From positions 196,427 through 260,426 of the forward strand of contig NIVC01001607.1 of the NCBI GenBank assembly GCA_002269645.1: 64,000 bases of DNA. Direction: 5' to 3'. Both the position numbers and the translations under genes were made by a program. The notes under the pieces are model-generated. The model saw nothing but the letters and a program-made list of their open reading frames with translations. It made no database searches and was not told the origin of the DNA. This document shows positions 56,539 to 64,000 of the stretch, piece after piece. Numbering within the stretch: the first letter of the stretch is position 1; each line of letters starts with the position of its first letter. The stretch comes from Macrostomum lignano (taxonomy: Eukaryota).

Positions 56539-57990
56539 TTAACTGCACAGAGAGGCGACCACCTGAGCGATGTTCACCTTGCCGAAGACTTCACCGTTGC
56601 CGCCTGTCGCTCCCGTGGCCTGCTTGCCGGATGAGCTCGCGTAGCTGCCACCGCCGCCTCCGTAGCCGTCATCGCTGTCGCCGGATCCTCCGCAACCGCC
56701 AGAGAAGCCGCCTCCTCCACCGCCGCCTCCACCGCGGCCGTCAGGAGGGACTCCATCGTTGTTGCCGCCTCCGCCACCTCCGCCGTAGCCGCCGAAGCCG
56801 TTGCTGCCCGTTCCCGCGTTGCCGCCGGCCCAGCTGCCGCCGATGCCTCTTCCACCGTGGCCTCCGCCATTGCCAGTGGCTTGAGCTGTTCCATCTGAGC
56901 TCCAGCCAGCTCCGCCCGCGCCAGAGTTATCGTTGCTGTCTCCGTCACCGCCTTGTCCGTCGGATGTGCCGCAAGAGCCTCCGGTGCTGCTTGTTCCGTC
57001 CTTACCGATCGACGAGGAAGACTCGGCGCCGCCGCCTCCTCCGCCACCGGCCGCCAGCAGCAGCGTGTTGGGGCCGGTTGTGTACACAAAGCTGCCTCCT
57101 CCTCCGCCTCCTCCACCGCTGCTGCCGCTGTTTCCCGGCTTGCCAACAACAAGCGTGAGAGTTTGCGACGTGGTCAGCATGAAATTGGCGCTCTTGAATG
57201 CGCCTCTGCCGCCGTTCGCGTTAGCGGATGACTTGCCGCCTCTGGCGCCCCAAGCCGAGATTTGATAGCAGCCGTCGGTCGGCGGAGTGAAAGTCTGCAC
57301 CGATCCAGTTTGGTTGCTCGAGTCCGACGGAGGAGCTGGAAGAAGTTCCATGTGTTGTATTGCTATAATCTGATACAGTGTTCGCTAATGGCACCCATGA
57401 CCGGCATTTAGATCGGAAGATCTCATGCTCAACTTACCATGAAATGCGGTTTGTGCAGTGGTTGTTGTTTGGGTTGTAGTTGTAGTTGGTGTTGTAGTTG
57501 TAGTTGGTATTGTAGTTGTAGTTGGTGTTGTAGTTGTAGTTGTAGTTGTAGTTGGTGTTGTAGTTGTAGTAGTAGTTGTAGTTGTAGTTGTAGTTGGTGT
57601 TGTAGTTGTAGTAGCAACTGCTCCAGTCGAGGCTGCAGTTGTGGCTGCAGTGTCGCTCGTGGACGCGCACGCTGCCCGATCTCGAAGCGTCTGCGTGTCG
57701 CACGCTGGCCCGCCAGTGCTCTGCCACTTCAGCAGCAGGTCGCAGCTGTTGCCAAGGACGCAGGATTTGTTGCCAGGCAGGTATTGGTAGACGGAGCACA
57801 TGCTGGTGTTGACCGCGCACTCAACCGCGCACACTCGAGAGTCAACAACTCCGAGCACTTTGCGCTGGTGGCCAGCAGCCGGGTCCGCCTCCGCGAAGCA
57901 CAGGTCCGGCCTCTTGTCGAAGACGAAGGTCTCACCGGCAGCTCGAGAGCTCCAGATGGCCACGATGACGGCAATGCTCGATAAAGACAT
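56539..57990 (-). CDS. Predicted secreted 458-aa protein: signal peptide, Cys-rich PAN/apple-like domain, poly-Thr linker, ALK/LTK-type glycine-rich domain; exons 57990-57438 and 57362-56539
   Basis: Hydrophobic N-terminus MSLSSIAVIVAIWSSRAA; CAVECAVNTSMCSVYQY...KSCVLG; 75-bp GT-AG intron in phase 1; GCYQISAWGARGG...GGRGA...FML...LTLVVGKPG...GGGGGSFV...LLLAAGGGGG matches the glycine-rich domain pattern. No TM helix or kinase is seen. Confidence 0.75.
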
Positions 57991-58618
57991 TTTGGAAGGC
58001 CGTCCAGTAAGTAGGAATGAGAAGGCAGCACTGAGTGAGAGGCTGTGAGCTTGAGAATCTCAACAAACTGGGGAAGTAGCGCAGACCCGATGCAGTCAAA
58101 CTCTGCTTTAGTAGGAAAGTCTATTGTCTTGGGGCCTGCCTAATGTTTCCATTGAAACTTTGAGAAACAAACTGACAGAGGGAAACATGTGAGAGAGCGA
58201 GAAAGGAGGGGAGGGAGAGCGGGGAAAGGTGGGGACGTAGAGCGAGAGGGGAGAAAATAAAGACCAGTCGTGGGAATGGGTTGGGTCCTCCGCAAAAACG
58301 ACGTGGAAAAATGGTTCTCTTTAGAAATCTCTACTCATGAGGATAAGTTGATCGATGCCGCTAAAGTACCGAGTTTGGGGTACAAGCGCACATTTTGACC
58401 ATCGCACGTATTTCAAAGAATTATTGCGTTAAATAGCGAATTTTTTAATCAGTGCTCCTTATCAACTATGGAGAAGTGATTTTAATACTTCCAGCTCCAT
58501 GTTAAGAGCTCGTTTATGCGGCCATCGCACGTGGTTACTATTCACGGATTCTACTTTTTTTGTCGCCTTTGTACATTTCTTGGAGGATTTTTACAACTAG
58601 CCTACTAGAAGTGGTAAG

Positions 58619-60935
58619 ATGAAGCTATATAAAGCAAGCTGTCAGAATTGCGTTCCTGCGCGTGGCAGGTACGCAACCCGGAGACAAGCACAGCTCGACC
58701 ACGTGCTCGTGCGTTTCCGTGAGCGTCGTCGCGCCGTCAACTGCCGCACCATCACGCCGCTGGCTCTGCGGTCCGATCACCGGCTCCTCATCTGCGACCT
58801 CAACCTTTGCGATCCGCTCTACCGTCCGCCGAAGCGGCCACCGCGGTGCTACTACCGCGCGCTCAGAGCCACCGATACGCAGCGTCGCTTTGCTAGCGCC
58901 TTTAACACCGCGCTGGGCGACAAGCGTGGAAGTGCCGAGTATGCGGAAGTGTGCGCTGCAGTCAGAACCACCGCGGAGCAAGTAGTCCCGATGATGCAAC
59001 CGGCTCAACGTGGGCAGCCGGTCTGGCAGGACGACCCTGCGATTCAGGCAGCGAGGAAAGATCTGGAGAGGCTCCGCTTGAGCAGGCGACCAACCCGCGA
59101 GGCAGAGGCAGCTCTGGCGGCTGTCTACCTGCAGCGCCAACAAGCGGCTGTCGATGACGCCATTCAGGCTGTCTCTGCCGCTGGGCCCGATGCCAGAGGG
59201 CGCGTGGCCTGGTCCGCCATCAACGCTCTGACAGGACGAAAGCGGCGAAATCCGCTGAACCTGGCTGGTGACACTCCGGACGAGCGTAGGAACGAGCTGC
59301 GCGAGTTCTTCGCCGCCATCGTCAACGCGCCGCCACCCCGCTGCCAGACAGTCTGACGCTGCCGCCGGAGACGCCGTTGCCGGCAGAGAAGAGTTTCAGC
59401 GTAGCCCCAGTCAACGCAGCCGACGTTGTCAAGCTCGCCCAGCAGTCACCGGGCGGGAAAGCGCTGGGTCCGGACGAGGTGCCCATCGAGGCGCTGCGCA
59501 TCCCCTGTGTGGCCGCTGAGGTCGCCAGAGTGATGAACCGCGTGCTCTTCGGTGAGGCGGCGCCCAACGAATGGACCACGGCACACATCGGCGCACATCG
59601 TCGCTGTTCCAAAGAAGCCGGGCACCACTAGGCTTGAAGACCATCGAGGCATCTGCCTTCAGTCCTGTGCAGCGAAGCTGTTCAACCGGATGCTGCTTTC
59701 GCGGTTGCAGCCCGTGCTGGATCCGTACCTGCGCCCAGAGCAGAACGGGTTCCGGCCCAATCGCGGCACAGTGGCGCAGATCCTGGCTCTTTGCCGAGTC
59801 ATCGAGGAGGCGCGGATTCGCCAGTCGATCCTGATTCTAATCTTTATTGATTTCAAGAAGGCATTCGACTCGGTTGTCAGAGCCGTGCTTCCAATGGTGC
59901 TCCGCGCGTACAACGTGCCTAAGCAGCTGATCTTCGCCATCATGGCAATGTACCGTGATACGACAGCTGCTATGACAACACCGGATGGCCTATCGGACTC
60001 CTTTGAGACATCCTCCGGAGTGCTTCAGGGAGATACGCTGGCGCCGTTCCTGTTCGTCCTGGTGCTTGACTGGGTGCTGCGGATTGCTCTTCCTACCGAC
60101 GACGACGGTTTTCTGCTGCGGCGACGCGTGGGTCGACGTCAACCGGAGAAACGGCTCAGCGTGCTTGGCTACGCCGACGACCTCGCCTTGCGGTCCTCGA
60201 CCGTCGAGGGCACCCAACGGCAGCTGGACACGCTAGTTGCCGTTGCGGCGAGCGTCGGCCTGGTGGTCAACACGCAGAAGACCGTTGTGCTCTGCGTGCC
60301 GGACGACATCGAGACTGTAATATTCTGCCGAGGCACTGACGGGCAGGCGACCGAACTCCCGCGATGTCAGCAGTTCGTCTACCTCGGCGGTCTGGTTCCA
60401 GACGCTCGCGAGGACCTGCGACGCCGCGCGGCTTGCCTGGGCTGCCTTTCGTTCTGTGAGGGCAGTCCTGCAGTCCGAGCCCTACCAGACCGCCAGAGGG
60501 CGGCGCTGTTCCAGGCGGTAATCGAGACCGTCCTGCTGTACAACGCCGAGACCTGGACGCTGACGGACTCACTCGAACAGCAAGTTGATGCGGCGCACGC
60601 TGGCCTGCTGCGCGTCGCCTTCAACATCGGCGTCGAGCGAGTCACCAACGCGGCACTCTATCGCCGCGCTGGCCTGCCACGTCCAAGCGATCTACTGCGC
60701 CGTCGGCGACTCCAGCTCGCAGGCCATCTCATCCGCGCCGAGTCGTACTGCCCACAGCCGGTGCAGGAGGTGCTGCTGCTCACGCTGCAGGCACCCTACC
60801 GGCGAGGACAAGCGCGAACTCGCGTTATGTCGACTGTCTGCTGGCTGACGCCGGCGCCCCGGACACTGCCTGTGGTGCGGCCTTTGTTCGCGCCCAAGCC
60901 ATGAAGCGCGCCCTGTGATGCTGACTTTTGCCATC
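58619..60935 (+). mobile_element. 5'-truncated RTE-type non-LTR retrotransposon (end of APE domain plus RT), with several frameshifts
   Basis: SDHRLL; GKALGPDEVP; HRGICLQSCAAKLFNRMLLSRL...EQNGFR...DFKKAFDSV...GVLQGDTLAPFLF...YADDLAL. Confidence 0.9.
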
Positions 60936-61071
60936 CTGACAGCGTATTTTGTTGTTTGTTGTTGTCAGAATTTTATTTAATACGCAATACTCAATTTTTG
61001 GACCATGACTACTTTGGAATTCTCAATGGATAAGCGCTAATGTGCTGTACGTAATAAAGGACAGGTAGGTT

Positions 61072-61297
61072 GGGTTGTAGCCTTAGGTTATAGGTTGGAG
61101 CGTTGGACTCACAACTAAAAGGTCGGGGGTTCGATTCCTGACCCACTCGGAACAATTCGTGTCTTTGAGCAAGACACTTAACTCTGCATTGCTTCAGTTC
61201 ACCCAGCTGTAAAATGGGTGCCAGCATTAGCTGGGGTAATTGAGGCTGTGTGTGGCGACCCCCAGTCCTTGCACTGAACAGCCGTGGACAGGTGTAG
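61072..61297 (+). mobile_element. Third copy of the tRNA/CORE-like SINE, 3'-truncated
   Basis: Close match to 45752-45960. Confidence 0.8.
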
Positions 61298-61489
61298 TGT
61301 AGTAAGATATTTAATTAGGCTGATGTAACTAACCACGCTTTGGTCGCGGGATAGGGCAGGGGAACTTTTTCGAGAAGTGCCGCCCATCACCGTGCACCTC
61401 TTGCGCAGAGCCGTCGCGCAAGTATGCAAGCTGATTGTTTTCCAGTGTTTGTAACAATAAAAAATGACGAGTATCAGTGCGCGCTCATG

Positions 61490-63062
61490 TTAACTGCACA
61501 GAGAGCCGTCCACCTGAGCGATGCTCACCTTGCCGAAGACTTCACCGTTGCCGCCTGTCGTTCCCGCGGCCTGCTTGCCGGATGAGCTCGCGTAGCTGCC
61601 GCCGCTGCCTCCGTAGCCGTCATCGCTGTCGCCGGATCCTCCACAACCGCCAGAGAAGCCGCCTCCTCCGCCGCCGCCTCCATTGTCACCATCGTTGTTG
61701 CCGCCTCCTCCGCCTCCGCCAAAGCCGCCGAAGCCGTTGCTGCCGGTTCCCGCGTTGCGCCGCCCAGCTGCCGCCGATGCCTCTTCCACCGTGGCCTCCG
61801 CCATTGCCAGTGGCTCGAGCTGCTCCGTCTGAGCTCCAGCCAGCTCCGCCCGCGCCAGAGTTATCGTTGCTGTCTCCGTCACCGCCTTGTCCGTCGGATG
61901 TGTCGCAAGAGCCTCCGGTGCTGCTTGTTCCGTCCTTACCGACCGACGAGGAAGACTCGGCGCCGCCGCCTCCTCCGCCACCGGCCGCCAGCAGCAGCGT
62001 GTTGGGGCCGGTTGTGTACACAAAGCTGCCGCCTCCTCCGCCTCCTCCGCCTCCTCCGCCGCTGCTGCCGCTGTTTCCGGCTTGCCAACAACAAGCGTGA
62101 GAGCTTGCGACGTGGTCAGCATGAAATTGGCGCTCTTGAATGCGCCTCTGCCGCCGTTCGCGTTAGCGATGACTTGCCGCCTCTGGCGCCCCAAGCCGAG
62201 ATTCGATAGCAGCCGTCGGTCGGCGGAGTGAAAGTCTGCACCGATCCAGTTTGGTTGCTCGAGTCCGACGGAGGAGCTGGAGGGAGTTCCGTATGTTGTA
62301 TTGCTATAGTCTGATACAGTGCTCGCTAATGGCACCCATGACCCGGGCATTTAGATCGGAAGATCTCATGCTCAACTTACCATGAAATGCGGTTTGTGCA
62401 GTGGTTGTTGTTTGGGTTGTAGTTTAGTCGTAGTTGTAGTTGTAGTTGGTGTTGTAGTTGTAGTTGGTGTTGTAGTTGTAGTTGGTGTTGTAGTTGTAGT
62501 AGTAGTTGTAGTTGGTGTTGTAGTTGTAGTTGGTGTTGTAGTTGTAGTTGATGTTGTAGTTGTAGTTGGTGTTGTAGTTGTAGTTGGTGTTGTAGTTGTA
62601 GTTGGTGTTGTAGTTGTAGTTGTGTTGTAGTTGTAGTTGATGTTGTAGTTGTAGTTGTAGTTGGTGTTGTAGTTGTAGTTGTAGTAGCAACTGCTCCAGT
62701 CGAGGCTGCAGTTGTGGCTGCAGTGTCGCTCGTGGACGCGCACGCTGCCCGATCTCGAAGCGTCTGCGTGTCGCACGCCGGCCCGCCGGTGCTCTGCCAC
62801 TTCAGCAGCAGGTCGCAGCTGTTGCCAAGGACGCAGGATTTGTTGCCAGGCAGGTATTGGTAGACGGAGCACAAACTGGTGTTGACGCGCACTCAACCGC
62901 GCACACTCGAGAGTCAACAACTCCGAGCACTTTGCGCTGGTCGCCAGCAGCCGGGGCCGCCTCCGCGAAGCACAGGTCCGGCCTCTTGTCGAAGACGAAG
63001 GTCTCACCGGCAGCTCGAGAGCTCCAGATGGCCACGATGACGGCAATGCTCGATAAGGACAT
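61490..63062 (-). pseudogene. Tandem paralogue of the secreted glycine-rich protein with a longer Thr tract and at least four frameshifts
   Basis: Near-identical DNA to 56539-57990, including intron and upstream region, but split across several reading frames in the ORF track. The indels could also be long-read errors. Confidence 0.75.
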
Positions 63063-64000
63063 TTTGGAAGGCCGTCCAGTAAGTAGGAATGAGAAGGCAG
63101 CACTGAGTGAGAGGCTGTGAGCTTGAGAATCTCAACAAACTGGGGAAGTAGCGCAGACCCGATGCAGTCAAACTCTGCTTTAGTAGGAAAGTCTATTGTC
63201 TTGGGGCCTGCCTAATGTTTCCATGGAAACTTTGAGAAACAAACTGACAGAGAGAAAATGTGAGAGAGTGAGAGAGGAGGGGAGCGAGAGTGGGAAACGA
63301 GAGGCCAGTAGCGTACGAGCGTAGCTTGAAATGGGAGGCGATAATGGGAGGGGATAACTCCTGATGGGGAGATAAAAGCTGTAAATGTTAGAAAACGCAA
63401 AAAGACTCAGTTTTTGTTAAAGTCTGTGCCACAAAAATTTCTACCAATGGGGGGCTTATCACGGTCTACTGAGAGACGAGTCTTAAGAATGGATGGGTGC
63501 TCTGCAACAAACGACTTGGCAAACTTTCTATAGTAATCTCTATTCGTGAAGGCACTTAGCGTCGTTACCCAAAGAACTTCTCTTTTGAGGGAAGGCTATC
63601 CATTAGCGGTCGATATTTCAGCTCTTCCATTTTAAGCTGATGTTAAATGAGACCCATGGTATGCCTGGCGCGCCATCAGTGTTGGGGGTGGTGCATATTT
63701 TCTTTCTAGTTTTAGGCTTGCTGACAGAACCATACTGAAGGCACTACGGGCGACAAAGCATTTAAGGCAAGAGAGATTTCAGGCAAAGAATCGACTGAAT
63801 CCGTCGGAAGTTATATAAAAGCCCTCTAAAAGCCAGAAAAACAAAATTATTAGTGAATTGACCTTGTCAGAGACCATTTTGGTAGTCAATGAGCTGCAAT
63901 AGCACTGATGATACTGGCACAGAGAATTTCGATTGGACACCACTTAAAAATATCTCCCTCGCCTCTGTAATATTCTTCACTTTTGTTGTTGCTTGTTACG

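Overview
Animal genomic DNA with GT-AG introns, GC-rich exons and a different minisatellite in almost every intron. This pattern resembles the flatworm Macrostomum lignano, but the organism is an inference. Host genes: 3' part of WDR44, CCDC25, an uncharacterised Q/RG-rich two-exon gene, MALSU1, five-exon PIGS, and two tandem copies of a secreted Cys-domain/Thr-linker/ALK-LTK-type glycine-rich protein (second copy frameshifted). Mobile DNA: a DD34D mariner, a MULE/NOF-like DDE transposase spliceable to Ulp1 SUMO-protease exons inside a possible 18.4-kb TIR-bounded unit, a Gypsy remnant with one LTR, a Chapaev/Transib-like element, an RTE-type LINE, tRNA-headed CORE-like SINEs and two hAT-like MITEs. 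The most striking feature is a 9.4-kb near-perfect palindrome (4853-14229) with no recognisable coding capacity. It has an 8-bp TCACGTGA direct repeat at both junctions, a duplicated 93-nt branched GC-rich hairpin at its apex and further branched hairpins near its outer ends, and it lies about 80 bp upstream of the CCDC25 start codon. All calls were made by eye, without database searches.
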